A DNA stretch of 32,000 nucleotides from Wallemia ichthyophaga EXF-994 (Eukaryota; Fungi; Basidiomycota), in assembly GCF_000400465.1 (NCBI RefSeq), contig NW_008806281.1, positions 390,001 to 422,000 on the forward strand. Reading direction: 5' to 3'. How positions within the stretch are numbered: the stretch's first letter is position 1; each line of letters begins with the position of its first letter. Positions 1 to 11,171 of this stretch are shown one piece after another. The notes under the pieces were generated by a model that saw only the letters and a program-made list of their open reading frames with translations, was not told the DNA's origin and ran no database searches. The position numbers and the translations under genes were made by a program.

Positions 1-1382
1 CGACAGCTTCGTCTTGGAGGAAGGCCATGAGTTGAGGCATGTTCCCGTGGCTTACAAAACTTGGGGTAAGCTCAACGACAACAAGGATAACGTTATGATT
101 ATCTGTCACGCTTTGTCCGGCAGCGCAGACGTCGAAGACTGGTGAGTTACTCACTTTAAACACCCACAAACCTAAAGTCCCTCTTCCTAGGTGGGGTCCT
201 CTTATGGGCGCGAATAAGGCTTTTGATCCAAGCCGTTACTTTATTTACTGTGGCAATGTCATCGGTAGTCCTTACGGAACTGTCTCACCTGTTTCCGTAA
301 ATCCAGACACTGGGAAGCTATACGGCCCTGAATTCCCTATCAGCACCGTCCGTGATGATGTCCGTCTTCATAAGCGAGTACTCGACGGTATGGGTGTCAC
401 ATCAGTAGCTGCTGTTATAGGTGGTTCAATGGGTGGTATGCAAACAATCGAATGGGGCATGTCTTTCGGCAGTCCCTACATCCGCTCTATAATACCAATA
501 GCTACGTCCGTCAGACACAGCGCTTGGTGCATAAGTTGGGGTGAAGCTCAGCGCCAATCTATCTACTCAGATCCTGCCTATTATGATGGCTTTTACTACG
601 AGCACCCAGACGCAAGTGAGAGAGCTGGTCCTATTTCCGGTTTAGGAGCTGCGCGTATGGCAGCCATGTTGACATACAGATCCAGAGACAGCTTCGAAGC
701 ACGTTTCGGTCGTAAGCCACAGCTGGGGCAGGCAGGTCGCAAGTTGTCCAATGCCACTGGTGACGACAGCGTATCAAATGACTCAAACTCATCGTCATCT
801 CGCCCTTCTAGTCCTGCAGACGAAGCTAGGGATGCACATAATGATGGAAATATACGCTCGCGCAGCAGCACATCAGTACCACGCCCCAAAAACCTCTTCA
901 CAGCGCAGTCCTATCTTCGTTACCAGGGTGATAAGTTCACTTCGAGATTTGATGCAAACTGCTACATACACCTCACACGCAAAATGGACACGCATGATAT
1001 AGCAGCTGAGTTTTACATGGATGATGAAGGTGCCAGACACCGATCAGCAGATCTGACGATAGAGGAAGCATTAACACAACTGCCTAAGAATATACTAGTA
1101 ATTGGTATTGAATCTGATGGACTGTTCACTCCATATGAACAGCGCCAAATCGGTACAGCACCTAATGCGAAACTTGTGATGATTCCATCACCAGATGGAC
1201 ACGACGGCTTCTTGTTAGAGTTTGAAGCCATCAATGAGTACGTTGTTGAATTTCTCAAAGAGGCGCTGCCTGAAATTTACTCCTCACCACCTCTACTCAA
1301 TCTCGAGGAGATCAAATCATTTGACACGCAAAAGACGAGCGTATTTGGAGAAGCTGAAGCGAATGACATTACAGCTTGGTGA
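1..1382 (+). CDS. MET2: Homoserine O-acetyltransferase (5' partial; intron 142..190)
   Basis: Frame 2 from the window start reads DSFVLEEG...VAYKTWGKLN...ICHALSGSADVEDW. Splicing GTGAG..CTAG (142..190) joins it to WGPLMG. Alpha/beta-hydrolase motifs are present: GGSMGG (nucleophile Ser), GIESDGLF (Asp), DGHDGFL (His), plus RFDANCY. Confidence 0.95.
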
Positions 1383-2147
1383 GAATGTTGGTATAGAAAA
1401 TTTGTATTAATGCACGATTCGCACGATTTCTCAATATTGGTGTGCATGTCTCAAACCGCGGCAATCTTTGCCGTGCCGTATGTGTGAATAAATGACATGT
1501 GTCAATTAATGCGCGTGAATGAGGGAGATGTGAATGATGCGTTGATGATAACGTAGACACCTAACGAATATTCCAGTTACATCAATCTCCTTGTTATGCT
1601 CGATTTGGAAGGTGAGGGAGAAAATTTTCACAGACCAGTCTAAAGTCAGATTAAAAAAAGAATGCAGTGCATAAGGTGTGAATGACTGCGTATATCAAAT
1701 ATACAGGCTATTATATGCATGCGAAAGGGTGCATTGACAAGCGTGGTATAGTGCGAAATCTTATTAAAATTTCGCTGCAAATTAAATCGCGGAGGAAAAT
1801 GAGAATATGAGGTGATATGCGGGTAGTCATGCATAAATGAGCAGCCTTAGAAGGTACTAACTTCTCCAATCATATAAAAGTCTGCCGAATTAAGTGGCAT
1901 TAAAGCCATTTGAGGCGACTGATGATGCAATACGACTGCGCCTGCCTATTATGGCAAATCTGACACAAATTGCAAGACTGGATATAGGATACTGCGGGGC
2001 CAGGCCTGTTTTAGAAGTTTAAGAAAATTTCAGCCTACCTTTCTTCTTTACGTTGAGTCCGAAAAAAACGACCAATTTAATCGGAAGTTAGGAACTACTT
2101 AGAAGAATAGGATAAAGTTTAAGTGCAACATTCAAGAGGAACTTCAA

Positions 2148-2555
2148 ATGATTGGAACTATACTGCGTATTGAAGCATTGACATTAACAAAGTTTGAGAG
2201 GAGCACGATGACTATTGATCGGAGTCCAAATAGCCTACGCAAGCATGTTTTGTTGAAAGGCTCATTTCACACGTTGCAAGAAGTCAAAGGTGTTGTTATG
2301 AGGCAAGAAGAGCGTGTAGACGAGGAAAAGAAAAGCAATGTTTTTGGTAGGAGAAAGTCGATACCAATGGTCCAAGTAAAACACTTTGATAGCTTAGATG
2401 GCCGTAGCGATGATGTCATTTCAAATGCTCGTCAATGCCATTACAACGATGAAGAAAGTGAAGATAGTGTTTCAAGTGACTCAGATGAACAAGACAGCGA
2501 TGATGACGATTTTGGAAGTGTGAACACCAGTTTTTCAAGTAGCATGATTAGGTAG
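2148..2555 (+). CDS. Small hypothetical protein (135 aa) with SERTA/Ecm13-like helical motif and acidic tail
   Basis: Intronless ATG-initiated ORF. It contains LTLTKFERS...PNSLRKHVLLKGSFHTLQE followed by a D/E/S-rich C-terminus. The family link is inference from remembered motifs. Confidence 0.6.
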   Translation: MIGTILRIEALTLTKFERSTMTIDRSPNSLRKHVLLKGSFHTLQEVKGVVMRQEERVDEEKKSNVFGRRKSIPMVQVKHFDSLDGRSDDVISNARQCHYNDEESEDSVSSDSDEQDSDDDDFGSVNTSFSSSMIR

Positions 2556-2766
2556 ACGATTAATAGAGCTATTATCGTAAAAAGTCTTGGCCCCAGCAGA
2601 CACGTACCGTGACTAAAAGAAAGTTGGTCATCGACCAACAAAACGGATAAGCTAGAGTAAAAGACGCGCGTATCCAAATTTATATTTTAAGATATTGTAT
2701 ATTTTGATGAACGCGTTTCGCGGCTGTTGGCACATGTATTCAAGTCTGTTGAACTGTTACAATCTA

Positions 2767-3789
2767 ATGATAAAAAATCGCAGTATAGAATTCAAGCTTT
2801 TGATTGACCAGTATAATAAATCTAAATCGAAGCAAGCTCAACCTGCGCAGCCCATCACGCGCTCCACCTTCTCAACATTGAGCTTTAAAGTTTCAAGAGA
2901 TATTCAATCAACGACGTCAAAGCTGCAGAAATTAACTCAATTGATAAATAGAAAGAGCTTATTCGATGATAAGCAGCTTGAGATAAACGTACGTTGGGCT
3001 GAGTTTCATGCGTTTGACGTGGTCTAATCAAAGCTAAAGGAACTCACTTACATTATAAAACAAGATTTAGCAGATCTAAACTCTCAAATATCTCAACTAC
3101 AATCAACGTTGAATCAGTCTAACCAGAACTCGCAACACTCACAACATCAATCGAATGTAGTCATCTCACTTCAGAACACTCTAGCCAACACTTCCTTCTC
3201 CTTTAAAGATGTCCTGGAGCTAAGGACTCAGAATATTAAAAAGTCTAAGCAAAGGACTGAAAAATTTTCAACCATATCCAACAAGGATACGAATCAAGAT
3301 TTTAAACAATCTGATTCACCTTTATATACTAACAATATACCCTCTTCGTCGACTCACAAAAGAAGACAACGAAATTCAGACGTTTTAGCGTTGGATCTTG
3401 ATGAACCCAACACCACAAATCAACAGTCTCAGCAAATGTCGATGATTGGTAGACAGGACAACTACCTCAATGAGAGATCATCAGCTATTGATACAATAGA
3501 AAGTACTATCTCAGAACTTGGACAGATATTTAGCCAGCTGAGTTCGATGGTGGCTATTCAAGGCGAAACTGTGCAAAGGATTGACGCAGATGTGCATGAT
3601 ATAAGTGACAATGTATATGGAGCACAATCTGAGTTATTGAAGTACTACGAATCGATCAAATCGAATAGAATGTTGATGTTCAAGTTATTTGGAGTTATAA
3701 TAATCTTTGTGGGTTGAAATAAGCAGACAAGAGTAAGCAACTAACAATAAGCAATCATATAGTTCTTAGTATTCATACTAGTAACTTAA
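2767..3789 (+). CDS. SED5: cis-Golgi Qa-SNARE syntaxin-5 (introns 2989..3039 and 3709..3762)
   Basis: N-terminal KNRSIEF motif, Habc segments (LQKLTQL..RKSLFDD, ELTYIIKQDL), SNARE motif ERSSAIDTIESTISELGQIFSQLSSMVAIQGETVQRIDAD, and C-terminal TM (spliced GVIIIFFLVFILVT*). An alternative in-frame acceptor exists at 3033. Confidence 0.93.
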
Positions 3790-3929
3790 ATAAAACTACA
3801 AACAACTTGATCAAACCAATCAAACAAAAAACTCAGAAACAGTGCATTGTATAGTAATTGAATAGGAATGAATATTAATACCTTTAACAAAATACCTAGA
3901 CTATTATCATAATAATTCTCAATTAACAT
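3786..3929 (-). CDS. Possible small hydrophobic protein (47 aa from ATG 3929; frame open from at least 3974)
   Basis: Stop-free frame in a region of about 27% GC (hand count). Its stop overlaps the SED5 stop in a TTAA palindrome. No homology recognised, and it may be a composition artefact. Confidence 0.25.
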   Translation of the reverse strand: MLIENYYDNSLGILLKVLIFIPIQLLYNALFLSFLFDWFDQVVCSFI

Positions 3930-3995
3930 TTTCTTGTCATCAAAAAAATTCTCGTAATTCTCCCTTGAGCTCAAACTCTAACAGCACACAACGAA

Positions 3996-5410
3996 ATGCT
4001 GCACGAATACGTCGCAAGCAACAACATACAAGAAATCCAGCAAGCTCCGTATGAACAAATTGATTTAGTGGATGATAGTGGCTTGACTCCACTTGCATTA
4101 GCGGTCAAGTTGAGCAATATCCAAGCGGTGGATATTTTGCTTTCAAAGAGTGAGTTGCATATTTTCAACCGAGATTGAAGCTTACAAGGATTTCAATTTC
4201 AGACGCTAATCCTTACTCTGCTCTACCTCACGCGACAGACGGTCAAATGGCTCAAAAACTTAACGCGTCAATCCAACCGCCACCATTTTATCCACCACCA
4301 ATGCAACAATTCTATCATTATCCTCCACCTATGGATATGCAAATGTATTATCCAGAAGATCAGCAGCATTCAAACCAAATTGGCACCTTACCACCACCAG
4401 ATATCGCAAGAAATATTCCTTGCAGGTTCTTCCCTGGTTGTCGTTATGGCAATGAATGTATCTTCATGCATCCACAGCCAGCAATGTACTTACCACCACC
4501 ACCTCAATTACCTCCTCAATTTGAGCCTATACCACAGCCACAATCGCATGCTCATCATCCCTTCTATCAATTGCCTCCACAAATGGTTCCTCCTCCATTC
4601 GCTGCTCCACCACCACCAATGCCACCAAATTCAATCCCTGCAGATCAATCACAGCATCCTATTGATGATGCTAGCTCGCCTATTAAATCTCAAGAAGAAA
4701 GCTCTTTTCATTCTCAACAAGCTCCCCCATTCATGCAACCTTTGATTCCACAAGATGCTTATATGATGCCACTTGCTCCACGTCCACCACCAATGATGGT
4801 ACCAAATCCACAAGAATTCCGTAATAATCGTAATATTACAAGAGCTTCATCAATCTCAAAGCGTGGTAAGGATGGTCAACTTCCTCCTTGTTACTTTTTC
4901 CCAATGGGTAAATGTAGAAATCAAGATAGTTGCGCTTTTCCACATTTACTTGCAGATGGTACTGATGTACGTGATCCTGCACTTAGAGGCACAGCTCCAA
5001 TTAATTCAAACAACTCTCACAAACGTCAATCATCACGTTCTAATAACTTTGATAATAAAAAGTTTGCAAATGGTTTGTCTCAGTTGAATTTTAATCAACA
5101 ATCACCTAGTTTTAGTGGAAATAAGATTCCACCATCAATGCCTAAAGCTCAAGCACAAGCTGTGGCGAGTCGTACTCATTCACCTGCACAACGTGTACCA
5201 ACACAAGATGATTTTCCTAGCTTGTCATCAAATGTAAGCTCATCTTCAGATAATGGGAATTACAGTAGCGTAAAGGAAGCTCCTTCAACTGCTCAGACTA
5301 CGCCATCTTCTAGTTTAGTTTTAAATAACATAACAAATAATGTTACTAAGGATTTACCACAACAATCATTCGCGGCAGCTGCTTCTTCCACGCTGGCCGT
5401 GGGCGCATAG
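3996..5410 (+). CDS. Ankyrin-repeat plus two CCCH zinc-finger, Pro/Gln-rich putative RNA-binding protein (intron 4150..4202)
   Basis: Exon 1 gives DDSGLTPLALAVKLSNIQAVDILLSK and the splice restores KNANP, a typical ankyrin end. Fingers are CRFFPGCRYGNECIFMH and CYFFPMGKCRNQDSCAFPH. Confidence 0.85.
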
Positions 5411-5769
5411 ATAATAACAAACAAGAAGAAGAAATAATTCACAGTTCAGTTGGTTTCTCAATCGATTTCAAGTTAATTTGATTTTCTTGGTATAATTTCA
5501 ACTCTATGATACTCTATGGTTACAAATACAAGTACTATTTAAGGTGCTATTTCAAAGTACTATCTCACTTATACTATCTCACCTATCTACTATTTCACCA
5601 CTAGACACCACTTATCCACGCTACTTCCACGCTTTCTACGTCCTCAAGCATATAAATCTCAGTTATTATTCTTTTTTAAATATAAAATATAAATTAATAT
5701 TGCATTGTTATCTCTTAATGTCTGAACCATCTCAACCATCATCATTGTGAGCGTCATTGCTATCTCAAT

Positions 5770-8700
5770 ATGAAACACACGCTGTTGCTGCTGCCAATCC
5801 TGTTATGCAGCGCTAGTGCTGGATATATTGACAACGATGAACCAAATTGGGCAACACGTGAGTATTACAAGGTACAAAATATAGCTCACTTACGTAGTAC
5901 ACAGCCTACTATGAAGGTCCTTGGATACGCACTCAGATTGGTTTAGCTTTGTTGATTGGATTGCCTTCTTTCTTGTTGTTTTGCAGCCTTAGAAGGAATT
6001 CTACCGTTCTGTTCGCTCCGAGGACCAAATTGAAGGGTGCGATTTGATTGATTTATTGGTGTTCGATCATTAATATATATATCAATAGGATTCTCACCAC
6101 ATGAAGCTCACGATACTAGCTCCTTCTTTGGCTGGATTCTCCCCACGCTACGTACTTCTGAGTACACGGTGCTTCAAATTGTTGGATTAGATGCAGCTGT
6201 GGTGTGTTTTTTTTTGTTCTATACAGCTCCAACCACTCAAGCTACTCTCACAGCTTCTCAACTTTCTCAAAATGAGCTTCTGGTTCTTCTCTGTTGCAGC
6301 GGCTATCACTTGTCCAATTTTAGTGCCAATAAACTACAAAGTATGGTCATACACTCATCAATTCATTAATCCTAACAATATACTTTAGAAATATGGCACT
6401 TGGGAAGCTTCAGACGATTCAGACGAAGGTGATAACTCTAGTACTCTCCAATCAAATTACGTCACAATCGCAGAAACTCTGTCTAGAATATCATCAAACG
6501 ACCCTTGGGACGCTTTACGTGACAATCAAGGCAAGTGGAGAAAAGTAGTGGATGTTTTTGTGTTATCAAACACTGATCCTTATTTGGGTCTACAACTAAT
6601 TTTCACTTTCTTCTTGTCTATTTTGGCACTCAAGTTTGTACATAAGAACTACTTGAGGTTCACCAGACAGCGCCAACTCTTCAGTCTCGAGTTGGTCCAT
6701 GCTATCAGCGCACGCACTGTGATGATTGAATCACTACCACTTCATCTCCGCGATGAAAAGGCTTTAACTGAATATTTTGATAGCATCAGTCTTCAAGTTG
6801 AGAGCGTTAGTTTGGTTAAGGATGTTGAATCCCTCGATGAACTACTCTCCAGACGCACCAAAGCTTTACTAGAATTGGAGGCTGAATGGTGCAAATACCT
6901 CGGCAATCCAAGTCGCGCTACCTATTTAACCCCAACTAGTGATCTCGAAACCCCTTCTTCACTGCTCACTGTTCAAGGAAAGTCACGTCCCACTACAAGA
7001 TCTGGTTTCATGGGTTTTAGTGGTATTAAAATAGATAAGCTGCGTATGCTCGAAAGACGTTTTGAAAATCTCGATACCATAGTCAAAACTTCTCGCAAAT
7101 CAGAGTATAAAAATACTCATGTCAGTTTCGTTACATTTGAGAACGCGTCAAGTGCTCAAGTGGCATCACAATGCGCAAATTACCCTGAACCAGGCCAGGT
7201 GGTTACCAACTTAGCACCTGAACCTCGCGACGTAGTGTGGGAAAATGTGGCTTTAAGTACACGTGCTATTATTAGCAAGAGATTGTTTGTGTATAGCACA
7301 GTCATAACATTATTGCTGACTTGGGCAATTCCCGTTACTGTACTTTACACACTACTCCAGTACAGTGAAATATCAAAGCATCTACCAGCACTTGCTAGAT
7401 TACTAGAGAAATATCCATCACTAAGAGCATTAGTGCAAACATCTTTACCACCATTAGCATTAGTTTTATTTAACGCTACTCTACCTCTATTCTTGCACTT
7501 TTTGTGTAGTATTCAAGGTCACAAAGCACGCAGTCATATCGAGTATTCCCTTATGAAGAAGTACTTCCTTGCGCTCTTCATGACTGTTGTTTTCGCTAGA
7601 ATCACTACTGCTACTATATCAATGGTGAGAGAGTTGGCTGACGCGCCCCTCAAGATACCCGACAAGTTAGCTCAATCACTTAAATCATCAACTTCGAGGC
7701 ACTTTTTCGTATCTTATGTCATTCTTCAAGGTATTGGTATCCTTCCGATGCATCTACTTCAACTGAATCAGGTCCTGCCGCATATCTTCCTGCGCCCGTT
7801 CACCAAGACCCCACGTGATTATGCAGAGTTGAATGCACCACCTGAATTGAACTACGGGTCAGTTTATCCACAGGCTATTCTGGTCTTTGTGATTGGGTTG
7901 CTTTACAGCATCATGTCGCCGTATATTTTGATCGCTGCTGCCGTTTACTTTGGTATGGCTTATCTGGTGGGCTGGATTTTTTCAACAAGGTTTCAACTAA
8001 CAAAATTAGGTATATAAATACAAATTGCTGTTTATCTTTTACAAACCTTGGGAGAGCTCTGGTCAAGCGTGGCCCATCACCTACGCTAGATGCTGCTGGG
8101 GAGTTGTTCTATTCCAGGTGTTCATGCTTGGTTTGTTTACTCTCCAGGGAGCTTTCTTATATTCGTCGGTGCTGTTGCCCGTCATTGCGGGTACAGTCTC
8201 GTGGGCATTCAGCACGGAGAATAAATTCCGAGGGTTATCTCAACACGTGAAGTGAGTGCAGGGTGCGATTATTTTGAGGTCTATGCTTACTTGAGTAGTC
8301 TTAGCTCACTCCATGAAGCTCAACGTGGCACATTGCCGACCGAGATAGTAGGCTTACGCTATGACCAGTCAGTGCCACGATCACAGAGGTGAGTGAGGGT
8401 TACAGATGGGAGATACACCCGCTAACCATATACTCTAGCAATCTAAATAGAAGGAGATATGCGATGAATGATGCAGCACTCTACGTAGCGCCTGAGAGTG
8501 ACAAGACTGACTACTCACAACCACCAATGCGCTATTGGTATTATGGTGTACTCAACACGGGTAGACGGCGGTATGGACATCCAGCACTGACTGGAATTCT
8601 ACCAGAAATGTGGTTACCACAGCAGCAAACTGTGTCAACGCAACGCAATAGTGCGAGGAATAGCACTTATGGTGGAGTAAATGATGGACGTGTGCTTACA

Positions 8701-9126
8701 TTGCGCAAGAGATGGTCTACAGTTAAACGTGATGCGCGGGATGTGCTCAATAGGCGTGGCAGTGGTAGTTTTACTAGTAGAGGTGGAAGGAATAACGCAG
8801 CTCGCAACGTAGCTAAACGTTCATCACAGAACTCATTCGCTGATCCTTATAATCCTGCTAATCCATGGGTACGTGTGGATGAAGCGGATGTGGATGCTGG
8901 TGATAGAGCTAGGACGGTATCTTATGATGGCGCTTCGGGAGTGATTGCGTTGCCTGAAGGAGAGCTATTCAGTGATGAGGATGATGAAGATGATGAGGAT
9001 GATGAGGTTGTCGATGAAAATCATGATGAAGATGCGAATGATGATAACGATAACGATGAAGATGCGCCTGAAAGCACGGAAAGTAATGGGAATACAAACA
9101 CGATACAATATACTTCTAGAGAATAA
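5770..9126 (+). CDS. CSC1/OSCA/TMEM63-family (DUF221) calcium-permeable channel, multi-exon
   Basis: Introns 5858..5904, 6037..6088, 6202..6253 and 6341..6388, plus three more near 7.97-8.44 kb, give an open frame. It includes LFAPRTKLKGFSPHEAH, VGLDAAVLLNFLKMSF, FVTFEN, APEPRDVVWEN, YLVYKYKLLFIF and multiple TM segments. The N-terminus is signal-peptide-like and the C-tail is acidic. Confidence 0.9.
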
Positions 9127-9209
9127 GATAAAATGAAATATTTAAATATAAATTTATAATTTAACTTAACCAATAAGCACTTACGAGTCCCTTCTGACGC
9201 AACCGCGAA

Positions 9210-10649
9210 ATGCCAGAAGAAGTAAAGCAGCTTGAAGACTATACCAAAGAAGTGGATTCCTTGGTTGAAGATATAAATGAAAATTCTGATGTTAGTGGAT
9301 TGCTTGTTGAGTTACCGCGATTCTAATAAAGCCCAGATTACTCAATCTGTGGATAGAATATCAGTTTTAGAGAAAAAAGCGAGAAATGTAAGTTTGCATG
9401 TGTTTATTATATCGCCCAACTTACTCTACAGGCCAACGACTTGAAATCTACAAGCAGACTCGTCGTAAAAGCAGTCGATTTGGCAGTTAACCAGAAGAAT
9501 CTCGATAAATTGAAGGAAATAGTGCATGGATTCTCAAAGAAGCACGGTCAAATGCGTACTGTTATCATTGAAGCAGTTAGAGCCGCTTCTGGTATTTGTG
9601 ATGAAGACGTCGCTCATGTGTACACGCTCCAAGGTCAACAAAGAGAAGATTTGATCCAATCACTCAGGGCTATTACAGAGGGAAAGATGTTCCTCGAATC
9701 TGAAAGAGCTAGATTGACTTATATTCTCGCACACGTACTGCTATCACGTAATGAAACACGTAAAGCTAGAGACGTTTTGAGTGAATTGTCAGTTGAAACA
9801 TTTGGATCACTTGATAGACGCCAGAAGACAGATTACTTGCTTCAACAAGCACTCCTTAACGCTCAAATTGGCGATTGGGTTCAAATGAAGATAGTTACAA
9901 ACAAAATAAACGTTAAATTCTTTAAAGAGGAGAACACACAGGAGCAAAAGTTGAGATACTACGAATACCTCATTAGATACGCAGTTCACAATGATGAATA
10001 CTTGAACGCGTGTAGATATTACAGAGAGGTTTATGATACCGATGTCATCAAATCTGATCCATCAAGATCAAAGGTAGTACTTGAAAATATAGTCTACTTT
10101 GTTTTATTAGCTCCATTCAACCACGAACAACATGACTTATTGCATAGAATATTTACTGATCAAACTTTTAACACCCCAAAGTTACAATATCAGTACAACC
10201 TCTTGAAATGTTTCACTACACCTGAGTTGATGAGATGGGCCGGTTTGGAAGCTTTATATGGTCAGATACTCAAATCGACAGATGTATTCAGCAATCGTTC
10301 TACAGACGGTAAGGGTCAGACAAGGTTTAATGAGTTCCATAAGAGAGTTTTGGAGCACAATGTTAGAGTAATATACAAGTACTACACTAACATTACGCTC
10401 AAGAGACTGCAGTCATTCTTGGAAGTTGATGAGAGGCAAGTTGAAGAAATACTCAGCTCGTTAGTTGAGAATGGAACTATTTATGCCAAGATTGATAGAC
10501 CAGCAAAGATGATCACATTCACCAAACCCAAGAGAACGGATGATGTGCTGAATGACTTTACCAACAACATTTCAAAGCTCTTGTCGCTCGTCGAGACTGT
10601 TAATTATCAAATTGAGAAAGAGAAGGCTGTACAAGAGGCGTTTAAGTAG
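9210..10649 (+). CDS. RPN5: 26S proteasome lid subunit Rpn5/PSMD12 (introns 9291..9336, 9388..9431)
   Basis: Motifs VLEKKARN, KKHGQ, EGKMFLESERARLT, VETFGS and the PCI domain (RVLEHNVRVIYKYYTNITLKRL...IYAKIDRP). Confidence 0.95.
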
Positions 10650-10679
10650 GTTGTATACTGATACATGTTGAATTATAAA

Positions 10680-11153
10680 TTAGTATCGCTGTTGTTGGGA
10701 ATTTTCTTCTCTCTTGACGTCATTCTCGTCATCGTCGTCTTTATCTTCATTCTCGCCATTCTCGTCACGTTGAAGCGGTTGGTGGAGATGTTCTGTGTGA
10801 TTTGGATGAATGACTTGGTTAGCAGCAGCAGAAGGATCTGTTGTGTTTATGGTATTATCATGTACGCCTTCTTCTACCTCCACAGCTTCCGCAGTGGGTG
10901 AATTGGCTTGTGTGTTGTTCGATTGAGTATTTGGATCACTCTCATCAATGTTAATGACCTCATCAACATGCTCATCATCGCTTAAATCAAGCGTCAAATC
11001 ATTATTGTGGACCCAGCGCTTTAGTTTTAACTTTGAATTTGGTACTGTAGTTATAGGCGCCTCAACTTTCTCAAAATTGTGACAAGGTGAATTGAGCTGC
11101 TGATTTAGATTATAAAATTGCTTTTGCATGTTCTGTAAATGCCTGCTTGTCAT
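10680..11153 (-). CDS. Hypothetical acidic protein (157 aa) with BCL7/Rtt102-like N-terminal motif
   Basis: Intronless ORF. FEKVEAPITTVPNSKLKLKRWV is followed by a disordered D/E/N-rich tail. Family resemblance is inference. Confidence 0.65.
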   Translation of the reverse strand: MTSRHLQNMQKQFYNLNQQLNSPCHNFEKVEAPITTVPNSKLKLKRWVHNNDLTLDLSDDEHVDEVINIDESDPNTQSNNTQANSPTAEAVEVEEGVHDNTINTTDPSAAANQVIHPNHTEHLHQPLQRDENGENEDKDDDDENDVKREENSQQQRY

Positions 11154-11171
11154 TCTTCTTGGACGTAATCA

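Noticed and set aside
1920-1963. Possible C/D-box snoRNA (TGATGA at 1920, CTGA at 1960)
   Set aside because: Only 44 nt between the boxes, with no terminal stem or rRNA-complementary guide recognised.
4240-4310. PAM2-like motif (KLNASIQPPPFYP) in the ankyrin/CCCH protein
   Set aside because: Does not fit the LNxxAxEFxP spacing.
5544-5750. 68-codon GTG-start ORF between the ankyrin gene and CSC1
   Set aside because: No ATG start until near its end, AT-rich UTR/terminator-like composition, no motif.
6202-6226. 25-bp intron in CSC1 using the first AG
   Set aside because: Too short for this window's intron sizes. The 6253 acceptor gives 52 bp and restores the family-like DAAVLLNFLKM sequence.
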